A stretch of DNA of 64,000 nucleotides from Candidatus Anderseniibacteriota bacterium (GTDB taxonomy: Bacteria > Patescibacteriota > JAUYIX01), in contig JAXLZM010000001.1 of NCBI GenBank assembly GCA_046350855.1, positions 89,420-153,419 of the forward strand, given 5' to 3'. Shown piece by piece: positions 40,059 to 50,315 of the stretch. The position numbers and the translations under genes are program-made. Each line of letters starts with the position of its first letter. The stretch's first letter is position 1. The notes under the pieces are model-generated. The model was not told the DNA's origin. It made no database searches and saw nothing but the letters and a program-made list of their open reading frames with translations.

Positions 40059-40439
40059 CTACATCTTGATCTCGATATCTACTCCAGCAGGCAACGAAAG
40101 GTTCATGAGGGCATCAATCGTTTTGGCCTGTGGTTCGAGAATATCGATCAACCGTTTGTGAATTCGCATTTCGAATTGCTCACGGCTGTTCTTATCTATA
40201 AAGGTCGACTTGTTAACGGTGTACTTGTGCTTCTCGGTTGGCAGCGGGATCGGGCCGGCGACGTGTGCTCCACTTCGCTCGGCCGTATCCACGATCTGCT
40301 TTGCCGATTGATCAATGACTTTATTGTCGTACGCCTTGATCTTGATACGGATGCGCTGCTGCAGCCCTTCGGATTCGGCGGAACCGGTTTTACCCGCGTC
40401 CGCGCCTGTCGCTTTAGATACTTTCTTTGCAGCAGCCAT
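40059..40439 (-). CDS. rpsJ: 30S ribosomal protein S10 (uS10) with N-terminal extension
   Basis: Contains [40 protein letters not shown]. Confidence 0.9.
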   Translation of the reverse strand: MAAAKKVSKATGADAGKTGSAESEGLQQRIRIKIKAYDNKVIDQSAKQIVDTAERSGAHVAGPIPLPTEKHKYTVNKSTFIDKNSREQFEMRIHKRLIDILEPQAKTIDALMNLSLPAGVDIEIKM

Positions 40440-40450
40440 ATCCGCGTTAC

Positions 40451-41650
40451 CTACTTGATGATCTTAGTTACCACTCCGGCGCCGACGGTCTTGCCACCCT
40501 CGCGGATAGCAAAGCGCATCTTCTCTTCCATAGCGACGGTCTTTTGCAGTTTGACCTTGAGCTTGACGGTGTCACCCGGCATCACCATCTCGGCACCTGC
40601 AGGGAGTTCAACGTCGCCGGTCACATCCGTGGTACGGATGTAGAACTGCGGCTTGTAGCCCTTAAAGAATGGCGTGTGTCGACCACCCTCTTCCTTTTTG
40701 AGGATGTAGACTTCGCTCTCAAACTCAGTGTGCGGCGTGATCGAGCCTGGCTTGGCCAAGACTTGTCCGCGTTCGACCTCTTCTTTTTTGGTACCGCGGA
40801 GCAAGATACCGGCGTTGTCGCCAGCCATACCCTTATCGAGTTGCTTGTTGAACATCTCGATACCCGTCACAACGGTCTTGCTGGTTGGGCGCAGACCCAC
40901 GATCTCGATTGCATCGTTGATGTTGATCTCACCGCGCTCGATACGACCGGTCACGACCGTGCCGCGACCTTCGATCGAAAAGATGTCCTCGATCGGCATC
41001 AAGAACGGCTTGTCCGTCTCGCGCTTTGGCTCGGGGATCGATTCGTCGAGAGCCTTCATGAGCTCAAAAATTGGCTCGCAGTCTTTGCAGTCCTTGGCAC
41101 CTTTTTGCGCACACTCAAGCGCTTTGGTAGCAGAACCACGAATAATTTTGGCTTTATCGCCGTCGTACTCGTATTTCTTGAGCAAATCGCGGATCTCAAC
41201 CTCGACCAAGTCGATCAACTCTTTGTCATCGACCATGTCGATCTTGTTCAAAAAGACCACGATCTGAGGCACACCAACCTGACGAGCGAGCAAAATGTGC
41301 TCACGGGTCTGCGGCATAGGACCGTCAGCAGCGGACACGACCAAGATGGCGCCGTCCATTTGAGCGGCACCGGTAATCATGTTCTTGATGTAGTCGGCGT
41401 GGCCCGGACAGTCAACGTGGGCATAGTGACGTTTTTCGGACTCGTACTCACAGTGCGAGGTCTGGATCGTAATACCGCGCTCTTTTTCTTCGGGCGCTTT
41501 ATCGATTTCGTCGTATTTAAGGGCTTTGGCCAGTCCCTTAGTAGAGAGACAGGTCATGATAGCGGCCGTCAAGGTGGTCTTACCGTGGTCGACGTGACCG
41601 ATGGTTCCGACGTTAACGTGCGGCTTTTTACGTTCAAACTTTTCTGCCAT
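40451..41650 (-). CDS. tuf: elongation factor Tu
   Basis: 399 aa containing [22 protein letters not shown] and NKID. It lies 12 nt upstream of rpsJ. Confidence 0.95.
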   Translation of the reverse strand: MAEKFERKKPHVNVGTIGHVDHGKTTLTAAIMTCLSTKGLAKALKYDEIDKAPEEKERGITIQTSHCEYESEKRHYAHVDCPGHADYIKNMITGAAQMDGAILVVSAADGPMPQTREHILLARQVGVPQIVVFLNKIDMVDDKELIDLVEVEIRDLLKKYEYDGDKAKIIRGSATKALECAQKGAKDCKDCEPIFELMKALDESIPEPKRETDKPFLMPIEDIFSIEGRGTVVTGRIERGEININDAIEIVGLRPTSKTVVTGIEMFNKQLDKGMAGDNAGILLRGTKKEEVERGQVLAKPGSITPHTEFESEVYILKKEEGGRHTPFFKGYKPQFYIRTTDVTGDVELPAGAEMVMPGDTVKLKVKLQKTVAMEEKMRFAIREGGKTVGAGVVTKIIK

Positions 41651-41729
41651 TTGAGTGTGGAGAGTTACTTAAAAAATGAGTACCGCGGTCGTTTTCCCCA
41701 CTGCGGGGACAAACCGGGTAGACCAAGCA

Positions 41730-41758
41730 ATACTACGAGAGCCTGCCCGCGATGTCAA
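41730..41758 (-). promoter_or_regulatory. sigma70-like promoter for tuf
   Basis: On the minus strand: TTGACA, 17-nt spacer, TAGTAT, about 75 nt upstream of the tuf start. Confidence 0.5.
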
Positions 41759-41814
41759 CATGAGCGCTCAAATTACTGCTAGGCCATACACTAGTACGAT
41801 TGTAAAGACCTGAC

Positions 41815-41843
41815 ATTGACAAAGTATGGCAGAACTAGTTTAA
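41815..41843 (+). promoter_or_regulatory. sigma70-like promoter for multi-HTH gene
   Basis: TTGACA, 17-nt spacer, TTTAAT. It is divergent from the tuf promoter. Confidence 0.5.
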
Positions 41844-41905
41844 TGCGCTCTTCGGTTGCTCTGCCGCTCGTTACCATCTCAATACATCTCAGGAGGTTAG
41901 GGGGA

Positions 41906-42994
41906 ATGCCGCAACGGCCTTCAACAAAAACGTTTTACCAAGAAAAAGCCCTTAGCGAGTTACTAGCAAAGGGCAAGACGGCTAAACAGGTTAGAGCCCA
42001 GTTGGCTATTAACAAGCATCGCTACAACTATCTGCTGCGCAGGTTAAACCAACAGGGGCATACTATCGGGGAGGGATATCGCAAACACAAGGCAGAACGC
42101 CTGGCAAAACGTGCCAACGAAATCGCAGCGCTCCGACGAGCCGGCAAAACCAATGCCGCCATCGCACAGAGCTACCAGGTCTCGGTCGGGAGTGTATCGA
42201 GCACCGTGACTCAGCTTGCTAAACAAGGTGAGGTCCAGTTACGTCACACGCGAACGTGCTTTTGGCGTGATCCCAGCAACCAGCGCTTTACAGAGTTCGT
42301 TTCGGTAGTCCAAGAGGGAAAAACGCTCCGTTCCATCGGTTTACGTTTTGGTTGTTCGGCAGAACGGGTACGTCAACTTATTCTGCTGATCGCCAAGCAC
42401 TTTGGTCCTGACTTGGTTACACGCCGTCCCACAAATCTACTTACTACCGAAGACGTCAGCAAAGCCCTCGAGATCAGTCCCAGTCGCCTGAGTAAGCTTT
42501 GCCTGCGCGGAGTGGTGAAACCAACCAAAGCAGGAGGCAGGTATTACTTTACACCTGAGATGGTACCGCAGCTGCGCGAGTATCTCGTGCAACAGAGTCA
42601 ACGTTGTTGCTGTATCTGTGGCAAGACGTTTACCCCGGAGAGCCTGACGTCCAACCAGCGAGCCTGTTCTAAAGACTGCGCAGGAGAGCGGGAACGCCGC
42701 TATCGAAGCTCACAGGCGACAACAAAGACTGTGCTCAGCTGGCGACGGCCGCTTCTGGAGCGATTGGCACTCCATGTCCGACCAGCTTCAGATCGACTTG
42801 TAACCTACGCCGAGGCCTGCCGACTTACGGGCTTACGCGGGATGCCGTTGATCTGGCTGCGACAACGACAGATCCTCAAGACGATTCCGCACCCCGAGTT
42901 ACGCTGGCGCGGTCGTCCGGTCCTGGCTTTTTACCAGAGTGAACTGGTGCTGGTTCGCGAAGTACTCGATCAGCGTGTCGAGGAGGTGGCGTGA
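41906..42994 (+). CDS. multi-HTH DNA-binding protein with Cys4 zinc ribbon (excisionase/MerR-like HTH_17 repeats)
   Basis: The start is likely MPQRPSTK, with AGGAGG 9 nt upstream. There are at least five HTH-like segments, including GKTLRSIGLRFGCSAERVRQL (sigma region 4-like) and two copies of the excisionase-like pattern ...GGRYYFTPEMV. It also carries CCCICGKTF...CSKDC. Confidence 0.6.
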   Translation: MPQRPSTKTFYQEKALSELLAKGKTAKQVRAQLAINKHRYNYLLRRLNQQGHTIGEGYRKHKAERLAKRANEIAALRRAGKTNAAIAQSYQVSVGSVSSTVTQLAKQGEVQLRHTRTCFWRDPSNQRFTEFVSVVQEGKTLRSIGLRFGCSAERVRQLILLIAKHFGPDLVTRRPTNLLTTEDVSKALEISPSRLSKLCLRGVVKPTKAGGRYYFTPEMVPQLREYLVQQSQRCCCICGKTFTPESLTSNQRACSKDCAGERERRYRSSQATTKTVLSWRRPLLERLALHVRPASDRLVTYAEACRLTGLRGMPLIWLRQRQILKTIPHPELRWRGRPVLAFYQSELVLVREVLDQRVEEVA

Positions 42995-43016
42995 GACAAG
43001 TTCTCACGCCCTTTTT

Positions 43017-44636
43017 TTATTTACTGGCGGCGGCAACCAGTCCCGCAAAGAGTGGGTGTGGCGAGAGTGGTCGTGACTGAAATTCCGGATGAAACTGCGT
43101 AGCCACAAAAAACTTGTGTTTGGGGAGTTCGATAATTTCGACCAGACCTGAGCCGGGGTTAGTGCCGGCGATGAGCATTCCCTTTTTTTGGAGGGTCGCG
43201 ACGTATTTTGGATTGACCTCGTAGCGATGGCGGTGGCGCTCCCAAATCACATTTTTGCCATACAGGTCGCGGCTCTTACTCTTGGGTGTGAGTCGGCAGG
43301 AGTAATGGCCAAGCCGCATGGTTCCACCCAGATCCTTCTCTGCAATTTTTTTGACCTGGTCCTCCATGGTGGTGATCACGGGTTGTTTGGTTGTGGGTTC
43401 GATCTCCGGTGTGTTGGCTTTTTTGAGACCGGCCACACTCCGGGAGAACTCAATCACGGCCAGCTGTAACCCGTAGCACAGTCCGAGAAAGGGAATGTTG
43501 TTCTCACGCACATACTTAATGGCGCGTAGTTTACCGGCCACGCCGCGTTTACCAAACCCACCTGGAACGATGATGGCATCAAAGTTTGCCAGCATTTTTA
43601 CTTTAGCGGGACTGGCTTCAAACTCCTCAGCATTGATCCAGGTAATCTCTGGCTTGCGCTTGTTAGCCCAGGCACCGTGCTTGATGGCTTCGATGACAGA
43701 AATGTACGAGTCGGACAGGACAAAATCACCTGTGCCAAAGTACTTGCCGACCACGCCGATTTTTACCGGCCGGGTCGAGCGTTTAATCGTCCTGACCATT
43801 GCGCGCCACTGCTTACCGTCGGTCTTGCGCGGCTTTTTGCCGAATTTTTCGAGCAGACGCTTACCGAGGTGGTCGTGCTCAAAGTTAACGGGGACTTGAT
43901 AAATCGTAGAAATATCTGGAGCGGAGATAATGTCGCGTGGATGCACGTTACAAAAGGTCGAAACTTTGCGCTTGCGTACCTCGTCCAGGGGCACGGTCGA
44001 ACGAGCCAAGATTAAATCCGGCTGGATGCCCACGGAGTTGAGCGAGCGCACGGCGTGTTGAGTCGGTTTGGTCTTCATCTCGCCCACCATGCTCGGTACC
44101 GGAAAATAGCTCACCAACACAAAAGCGACTTGCTCGCCGTATTTAAGCTTCATAATACGAGCCGCTTCGAGATATACCAGGTTTTGGTACTCCCCGACCG
44201 TTCCACCAATCTCAATAAAAACAAAGTCCATTTTTTGGTGGCGGGCCACCCGTTTGATCCGCTGCTCGACCTCGTCGGTAATGTGCGGGATTACCTCAAC
44301 GCATTTACCGTTGTAGCCCAAGTTGCGCTCACGCTCGATGACGGACTGGTAGACCATGCCGGTGGTCATGTAGTTCTCCCGGACGATATCTTGGTCCAAA
44401 AAACGCTCGTAGTTACCCAAGTCCTGATCGCTCTCGAGCCCGTCCTTGGTCACAAAGACCTCGCCATGCTCAGTGGGGTTCATCGTGCCGGCATCTACAT
44501 TGAGGTACGGGTCAATTTTAATGGCCGTGACTTTGTAGCCATATTCTTTGAGTATCCGCGCCATAGACGCGGTTGCAATTCCTTTGCCGACGCCGGACAT
44601 AACGCCACCGGCGACAAACACAAAATTAGTCTTCAT
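43017..44636 (-). CDS. pyrG: CTP synthase
   Basis: Begins MKTNFVFVAGGVMSGVGKG and has a C-terminal GATase domain (GLCYGLQL, HPEFQS). The first 15 codons of the ORF track are likely leader. Confidence 0.9.
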   Translation of the reverse strand: MKTNFVFVAGGVMSGVGKGIATASMARILKEYGYKVTAIKIDPYLNVDAGTMNPTEHGEVFVTKDGLESDQDLGNYERFLDQDIVRENYMTTGMVYQSVIERERNLGYNGKCVEVIPHITDEVEQRIKRVARHQKMDFVFIEIGGTVGEYQNLVYLEAARIMKLKYGEQVAFVLVSYFPVPSMVGEMKTKPTQHAVRSLNSVGIQPDLILARSTVPLDEVRKRKVSTFCNVHPRDIISAPDISTIYQVPVNFEHDHLGKRLLEKFGKKPRKTDGKQWRAMVRTIKRSTRPVKIGVVGKYFGTGDFVLSDSYISVIEAIKHGAWANKRKPEITWINAEEFEASPAKVKMLANFDAIIVPGGFGKRGVAGKLRAIKYVRENNIPFLGLCYGLQLAVIEFSRSVAGLKKANTPEIEPTTKQPVITTMEDQVKKIAEKDLGGTMRLGHYSCRLTPKSKSRDLYGKNVIWERHRHRYEVNPKYVATLQKKGMLIAGTNPGSGLVEIIELPKHKFFVATQFHPEFQSRPLSPHPLFAGLVAAASK

Positions 44637-44736
44637 TAGAGTTGCCCTGGAAAGTTTTCCAGGGACTACACTAGCACGCAAAAAGCCAGGTCTCGAGGGG
44701 GTAGTTATCCCCCGTTGTTTGGATGAACCGAAGCGA

Positions 44737-45711
44737 TTATTTTACGGCTGGAACCGGTTGCAATAGTTCCGGATCGATCGTGCGGCTAAAGCAAACCCGA
44801 CCGACTTGATGACTCCAGTTGTCGTTGTAAAGCCCAAAGGGCGGATAGATCAGCTCGGGTCGGCCTCGTGTTGACTGCGCACTGTAGTCTTGTTTGGTTG
44901 CAAACGTGGCGCAGAGATCAAAGGTGAGTTCACCCGTCGGGGTGTACTCGTACTGCGCAGCAGCGTCCGGATCGGTCGGAACCACAAACCCAGTTACGTC
45001 AGTTTCAAGCTCAGCCAGCGTGTCGGGTAAGGTTTTTTTACTCGAGTAAAAACTAATGATCTCGCTTTGGATCGATTGAAGGTCACTGATGCGACGCTCG
45101 TCAAAGCGCTGATCACGCTGCTCGCGGGGTGTACCGATCAAGAAAAACCCGCCTACGATCGCACCCGCGAGTAAGACTGAGATGGTGATCGCCAAAACCC
45201 GCGGTAAGAGCGTTTGAGCACCGGTTCGGCGCAAATCCCACAGGTAGTACCCAAAGACCGCACCAGCTACCACCAACACCGCCAGCACCTTGAGTCCAAA
45301 ACTGACCGACAAGCCGCCGCTCAAAAAATTGTAGACCAACACGACCAGATCAATGATCAAGGTTACAGCCGAGGCAAAGAGTGTCAGATAGACCAACCAT
45401 TTACGGATCGCGAGGTTACGACGCGAGCGATCGCGGTTCAGCCACTTACCGGTCAGCCAGGCCATGCTGATATAGACCGGCCAAACCACGATCAGGGTTG
45501 AGATCGAGGTGATCATCGAGTTACCAACCACACCGCCGCCGTAATAGCTAAAGACGCTCTGTGGGTAGGCCGCGTCGACATAGTCAAAAAGGAGCGCCAG
45601 CACGGCAAAGACTGCAACATACAGCATCAAAAACAACAGCAAATAGGCAAACAAATCCCCTGCGGTCGTGTGGGGGTGCGTACTCCTTTGCTGCGTAGTG
45701 CGCTCCGGCAT
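44737..45711 (-). CDS. hypothetical polytopic membrane protein
   Basis: 324 aa with about 6 TM helices and a C-terminal extracytoplasmic domain. Confidence 0.5.
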   Translation of the reverse strand: MPERTTQQRSTHPHTTAGDLFAYLLLFLMLYVAVFAVLALLFDYVDAAYPQSVFSYYGGGVVGNSMITSISTLIVVWPVYISMAWLTGKWLNRDRSRRNLAIRKWLVYLTLFASAVTLIIDLVVLVYNFLSGGLSVSFGLKVLAVLVVAGAVFGYYLWDLRRTGAQTLLPRVLAITISVLLAGAIVGGFFLIGTPREQRDQRFDERRISDLQSIQSEIISFYSSKKTLPDTLAELETDVTGFVVPTDPDAAAQYEYTPTGELTFDLCATFATKQDYSAQSTRGRPELIYPPFGLYNDNWSHQVGRVCFSRTIDPELLQPVPAVK

Positions 45712-45731
45712 GCCGTTAGTATACCAACGTC

Positions 45732-46265
45732 CTAGAGCTGACAGTCAAATTGGGCAATCGAGCCCCGCACGCCACCGCCACCCGCGCCCTGAGTCGGAGC
45801 ACTGATGCCGTTCACACTCCCGCCAATGACCCCCGGGGCGGTCTCACGTGGAGCAGGTTCGATGGTCTGAAAAAATCGAACGGTCGTGGAGGCCGTCTCC
45901 GTTACATTGTTTTCTAAAGTCGCTGTGTACAGTCGATCACCACTCAGATCAATAGATTGTGAGCCCAAGACCTGGGAGAACCACAGCACAAATAAAATCG
46001 CGACCAAGGCCGTACCCACGATTAAGCTAACTACAAAGGTCGGGCGTTGTAGCCCATGGCGTAAAATCGAGATCGTGACAAAGCTCGGCCAGGTCAAAAA
46101 CAAAAATGTGACGCTGGGTGGCCAGCTAACCAATGGCTGCGGACAACCGATCGTGAGCGTTAGCGGTCTAAAAGTCACAACCAGAGCTGACAACGCCGCC
46201 GTACCCAAGAGGATATACTCGAGCCAGACCCAGACGGTCGCCTTTGGTAAGCTCCCTTTTATCAT
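45732..46265 (-). CDS. hypothetical membrane protein
   Basis: 177 aa with 3 to 4 TM helices and a Gly-rich tail. Confidence 0.45.
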   Translation of the reverse strand: MIKGSLPKATVWVWLEYILLGTAALSALVVTFRPLTLTIGCPQPLVSWPPSVTFLFLTWPSFVTISILRHGLQRPTFVVSLIVGTALVAILFVLWFSQVLGSQSIDLSGDRLYTATLENNVTETASTTVRFFQTIEPAPRETAPGVIGGSVNGISAPTQGAGGGGVRGSIAQFDCQL

Positions 46266-46310
46266 CTAAAAAGTATATCATTAGCGCCACTTAGCACTAA
46301 CCGTACCCCT

Positions 46311-46688
46311 ATGCAGCTCTCGCAAGCCCCCGTCAGCGTCATGATCCGCGTTAAAGACCACGCCACCTCACGCGCCTTTTACGCCGACAAGCTCGGTCTT
46401 ACACATATCGACAAAGGACCCATGGCTCCAGCCATGTACGAGGCCGGTAATGGCACTCGTATTATCGCCTACTCGGGTGAACCCACCAGCCCCGCCCACA
46501 CCGTCGGCAATTTTAGCGTGGACGATGTCGAGGCAACCGTAGCCGAACTCAAAGCCAAGGGTGTCGTTTTTGAAGAGTACGATCTCCCCGATCTAAAAAC
46601 CGTCAATGGCATTGCCACCTGGGACAAATACAAGTCGGCCTGGTTCAAAGACCCAGACGGCTACATTTTTGCGATCAATCAACAGTAA
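46311..46688 (+). CDS. VOC (glyoxalase/bleomycin-resistance) family protein
   Basis: 125 aa with a single VOC betaalphabetabetabeta module. Confidence 0.65.
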   Translation: MQLSQAPVSVMIRVKDHATSRAFYADKLGLTHIDKGPMAPAMYEAGNGTRIIAYSGEPTSPAHTVGNFSVDDVEATVAELKAKGVVFEEYDLPDLKTVNGIATWDKYKSAWFKDPDGYIFAINQQ

Positions 46689-46704
46689 TCTCTAGTTGAA
46701 CCTA

Positions 46705-46736
46705 CAAAAAAGTCCGGACCAGCCGGACTTTTTTTA
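46705..46736. terminator. bidirectional rho-independent terminator
   Basis: AAAAAA-GTCCGG-ACCAG-CCGGAC-TTTTTTT. It serves the + VOC gene and the minus-strand fusA. Confidence 0.7.
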
Positions 46737-48830
46737 TTTCTTGGCGTCTTCGCCAGCGATTTTGCGGGCGATGTTGCCCGGGACTTCTTCGTAGTGATCA
46801 AACTCCATGCTGTAGCTGGCACGACCCTGGGTCATCGAGCGCAATTGCGTGGCGTAACCAAACATTTCTGCCAGCGGCACCATGGCGTGAATCACCTTAA
46901 TCGCTTGGGGACGGTCGATCATCTCTTGAATTTGTCCGCGTTTAGCGTTGAGATCACCCACCACGTCACCCATGCTCTTGTCTGGAGTGGTGACTTCGAC
47001 CTTCATCATCGGTTCCAAAATTATGGGCGTGGCTTTTTTCATTGCCGCCTTAAATCCTTTGGAACCCGCGATCTTAAAGGCCGCCTCACTCGAGTCAACC
47101 TCGTGGTACGACCCATCAAAGAGCGTCGCCTCCACGTCCATGACGGGGAACCCCGCCACGACTCCGTTGTCGAGGGCTTCCTTAATACCTTTCTCGACCG
47201 CCGGGATAAATTCTTGCGGAATCACACCACCCTTGATCTTGTTGATGAATTCAAAGCCGCTACCGCGCTCTTTAGGCTTAACACTAATCCAAACGTGACC
47301 GTACTGTCCGCGGCCACCGGTCTGCTTGATGTATTTCTCTTCGGCTTCGCCCTCACCCTTAATGGTCTCTTTAAAGGCAACCTGTGGGCGACCAATGTTG
47401 GCCTCAACTTTGTACTCGCGCTTCATGCGGTCGACGAGCACGTCCAAGTGCAGTTCACCCATACCGGAGATAACGGTCTGACCGGTCTCCTCATCAGACT
47501 TAACCCGGAAGGTCGGGTCCTCATCGGCCAAGCGACTGAGCGCATTGCCCATTTTTTCTTGGTCCGCCTTGGTCTTGGGTTCGATCGCGATCGAAATAAC
47601 CGGCTCCGGGAAGGTGATCTTCTCCAAAATAATAGCGTGGTCGGGGTCGCAGAGCGTGTCACCGGTCGTGGTGTCTTTGAGCCCGACGGCTGCGGCGATT
47701 TCTCCCGCGTAGACGGTTTTAACCTCCTCGCGCTTGTTGGCGTGGAGACGCACAATGCGACCAATACGCTCTTTTTTGCCGTTAGAGGCATTGAGTGCAT
47801 AGGAGCCAGCGTTGAGGGTACCCGAGTACACCCGGAAGAACACCAACTTACCAACAAACGGATCAGCTAAGACTTTAAAGGCCAGGGCTGCAAACGGCTC
47901 GGTGTCGGAGGCTTTACGCTCGAGCGTCTTAGACTCGTCGTTTGGATCGATTCCTTTTACGGGCGGGACATCGAGCGGGCTTGGCAAGTAGGCCACCACC
48001 GCATCCAAGAGCGGCTGAACACCCGTATTTTTGAGAGCGGAGCCACATAGGATCGGAATAATCTTAATCGACAAAACACCTTTGCGGAGTGCCGCTTTGA
48101 GTTCATCCACGGTTGGGGTAGTGCCCGCCAAATATTTTTCCATGAGCTTGTCGTCCTGCTCGACGATGCGCTCGATCAATTTTTCGCGGTACTCTTTAAC
48201 TTTGTCTTTGAGCTCAGCCGGGACTTCTTTCTCGACCACGTTGATTCCCTTATCGCCCTCGTTGTAGAGAGCTTTTTCGGAGATCAAGTCGACCACACCA
48301 ACAAAGTTGTCCTCGATACCGATCGGCAATTGGATTGGGATGGCCAGCGTGCTCAAGCGATCATTGATCGACGCCACGTCTTTATAAAAATCAGCACCGG
48401 TGCGATCGAGCTTGTTTACAAAACACATGCGCGGCACCTCGTACTTGTCGGCCTGGCGCCAAACCGTCTCGGACTGGGGTTCGACTCCGGCGACTCCATC
48501 AAATACAACGACTCCCCCGTCCAACACGCGCATGGAGCGCTCCACCTCAACCGTAAAGTCAACGTGCCCTGGAGTGTCGATTAAGTTGAGCCGGTGGTCT
48601 TTCCAAAACAACGTCGTTGCAGCAGCCGTAATCGTGATACCGCGCTCGCGCTCTTGGGCCATGTAGTCCATAGTGGCCTCACCCTCGTGCACCTCACCGA
48701 TTTTGTGGGTGATACCAGCATAAAACAACAGTCGCTCGGAGACCGTAGTCTTACCAGCGTCAATGTGCGCGATGATGCCAAAATCTCGGACGCGCTCTAG
48801 GGGGTATTTACGAATATCAGCTTCGGCCAT
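46734..48830 (-). CDS. fusA: elongation factor G
   Basis: 698 aa containing [17 protein letters not shown] and EF-G domains II to V. Confidence 0.95.
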   Translation of the reverse strand: MAEADIRKYPLERVRDFGIIAHIDAGKTTVSERLLFYAGITHKIGEVHEGEATMDYMAQERERGITITAAATTLFWKDHRLNLIDTPGHVDFTVEVERSMRVLDGGVVVFDGVAGVEPQSETVWRQADKYEVPRMCFVNKLDRTGADFYKDVASINDRLSTLAIPIQLPIGIEDNFVGVVDLISEKALYNEGDKGINVVEKEVPAELKDKVKEYREKLIERIVEQDDKLMEKYLAGTTPTVDELKAALRKGVLSIKIIPILCGSALKNTGVQPLLDAVVAYLPSPLDVPPVKGIDPNDESKTLERKASDTEPFAALAFKVLADPFVGKLVFFRVYSGTLNAGSYALNASNGKKERIGRIVRLHANKREEVKTVYAGEIAAAVGLKDTTTGDTLCDPDHAIILEKITFPEPVISIAIEPKTKADQEKMGNALSRLADEDPTFRVKSDEETGQTVISGMGELHLDVLVDRMKREYKVEANIGRPQVAFKETIKGEGEAEEKYIKQTGGRGQYGHVWISVKPKERGSGFEFINKIKGGVIPQEFIPAVEKGIKEALDNGVVAGFPVMDVEATLFDGSYHEVDSSEAAFKIAGSKGFKAAMKKATPIILEPMMKVEVTTPDKSMGDVVGDLNAKRGQIQEMIDRPQAIKVIHAMVPLAEMFGYATQLRSMTQGRASYSMEFDHYEEVPGNIARKIAGEDAKK

Positions 48831-48836
48831 GGAAGT

Positions 48837-49304
48837 TTACCAGGCAAAATGGGCAAAGGCTTTGTTGGCCTCGGCCATACGGTGCACGTCCTCGCGCTTT
48901 TTGATGGCGACACCCTGCTTTTGGCTAGCCTCGATCAACTCGTTGGCGAGACGCAGGTGCATTGGCATCCCTTTGCGACTGTAGGCAGCATCTTTGATCC
49001 AGCGAAAAGCGAGCGTGACTTTACGGTCACCCCGTACCTCGATCGGGACTTGGTAGTTGGCACCGCCCACGCGCTTAGCTTTTAGCTCGACGTTGGGGCT
49101 CACATTTTTGATGGCGGTATCAAAGACCTCGAGCGGGTCTTTTTTGATGCGTTCTTTAATAGTGTCAAACGCATCGTAAACGATACCGCGTGCCGCACCT
49201 TTTTTGCCGCGTTCCATCAAGTTATTGATAAAGCGCGAGACCAGCTCGTTATTGTAGCGAGGGTCTGGAGTGATGGGTCGTTTGGGGGCGCGGTTTCTAC
49301 GCAT
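48837..49304 (-). CDS. rpsG: 30S ribosomal protein S7 (uS7)
   Basis: 155 aa in the conserved position. Confidence 0.92.
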   Translation of the reverse strand: MRRNRAPKRPITPDPRYNNELVSRFINNLMERGKKGAARGIVYDAFDTIKERIKKDPLEVFDTAIKNVSPNVELKAKRVGGANYQVPIEVRGDRKVTLAFRWIKDAAYSRKGMPMHLRLANELIEASQKQGVAIKKREDVHRMAEANKAFAHFAW

Positions 49305-49338
49305 GTTGGCTGAACAGGGTTCTTAAAAATTTCTAAAA

Positions 49339-49758
49339 CTATTTTTTGGCCTTTTTGGCGCCGTACTTACTGCGGCTGCGACCACGATCGGCAACGCCAG
49401 CGGTATCCAAGACACCTCGAACGATGTGGTAGCGAACACCAGGCAAGTCCTTAACACGACCACCGCGGATCATAACGACCGAGTGTTCTTGCAAGTTGTG
49501 ACCAACGCCTGGGATGTAGGCCGTGACTTCCATACCGTTGGTAAGACGCACACGGGCGAACTTGCGCAAAGCGGAGTTTGGCTTTTTAGGAGTCATGGTT
49601 CCGACCTTGACGCAGACGCCACGCTTAAAGGGGCTCCCCTTTGGGAGCGGAATAGGACGCTGGTTAATCGTATTAAAAGCCCGCTGTAAGGCAGGACTTT
49701 TGGACTTTGAGGCCTGCTTGTGGCGGCCCCGGCGAACTAGTTGATTAATCGTTGGCAT
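49339..49758 (-). CDS. rpsL: 30S ribosomal protein S12 (uS12)
   Basis: Begins [12 protein letters not shown]. The ORF track's 10 extra N-terminal codons are unlikely to be real. Confidence 0.92.
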   Translation of the reverse strand: MPTINQLVRRGRHKQASKSKSPALQRAFNTINQRPIPLPKGSPFKRGVCVKVGTMTPKKPNSALRKFARVRLTNGMEVTAYIPGVGHNLQEHSVVMIRGGRVKDLPGVRYHIVRGVLDTAGVADRGRSRSKYGAKKAKK

Positions 49759-49861
49759 AAATGCAGAACCCGACTCTAACAAGGACACGCTTTTGATGCA
49801 ATAGCAAGGGCTTAATCAGGCTGAACGAAACCTTAGCTATTGCGGTGGAACAGCCCGCTAT

Positions 49862-49897
49862 AAAAAGAAAAACACCCTGTATCGCAGACACAGGGTG
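49862..49897 (-). terminator. rho-independent terminator ending the ncRNA transcript upstream of rpsL
   Basis: On the minus strand: ACACCCUGU-GUCUGCGAU-ACAGGGUGU followed by UUUUUCUUUUUA. Confidence 0.65.
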
Positions 49898-50310
49898 TGA
49901 TTGAGCCTTAAAGAAAGAACGTGTTTGGGGAGCGCGCCTTCTGGACGGCGCGTTGCGAGCACAACTCACTAGTGCGGATGTGTGAGTCAGCTCAGCCTCC
50001 CCTCCCGACGCGGACGTGGCCCCGCTTTGCCACGTCTCCTTTGTATAGTCTGTTTTCCTGCTATCGTGTGCCTTCTCGCCCGAGGAGACACAGCAACAGG
50101 GTGAACAACGGACAGCTACCGTAGTGGGTTTTTCCCAAGAATCCAGACTTTCTCGGTACTACATAATTGAGTCAGTAACCACCTCGACTTGTGTTGCTGT
50201 GCAAGCGCGATGTTCCGCGGTTCCTCCTAAGGCGCCCCGTCGAACTAAACGCTCAGGCGTGCCCCACTCAAGAGCACCGAACCGCTCAGCCGTCTCGTTG
50301 GAAGGTACAA
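49898..50310 (-). ncRNA. unannotated structured RNA, candidate tmRNA
   Basis: A non-coding unit of about 440 nt lies between a consensus promoter and a strong terminator. Its 5' part reads GGGGCACGCCUGAGCGUUUAGUUCGACGGGGCGCC, which is tmRNA-like (GGGG...UUCGACGGGG). A P2-like long-range pairing to AAGGCGCGCUCCCC near the 3' end is possible. No canonical T-arm or CCA was found. Confidence 0.4.
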
Positions 50311-50315
50311 GGGTA

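Noticed and set aside
40427-41782. 451-aa ORF antisense to tuf, and similar long antisense ORFs (for example 46794-47870 inside fusA, 11356-11961 inside lepA, 39966-40643, 53257-53820)
   Set aside because: They lie opposite strongly conserved genes, have low-complexity Arg/Gly/His-rich translations and no motifs. They are the expected product of about 60% GC with few stop codons.
49790-50170. Exact 12- and 13-mer identities to E. coli tmRNA (CUUAAUCAGGCU on the plus strand, AUGUAGUACCGAG on the minus strand)
   Set aside because: They are on opposite strands and are of a length expected by chance when a ~360-nt RNA is compared against 128 kb. They were not used as evidence for the tmRNA call.
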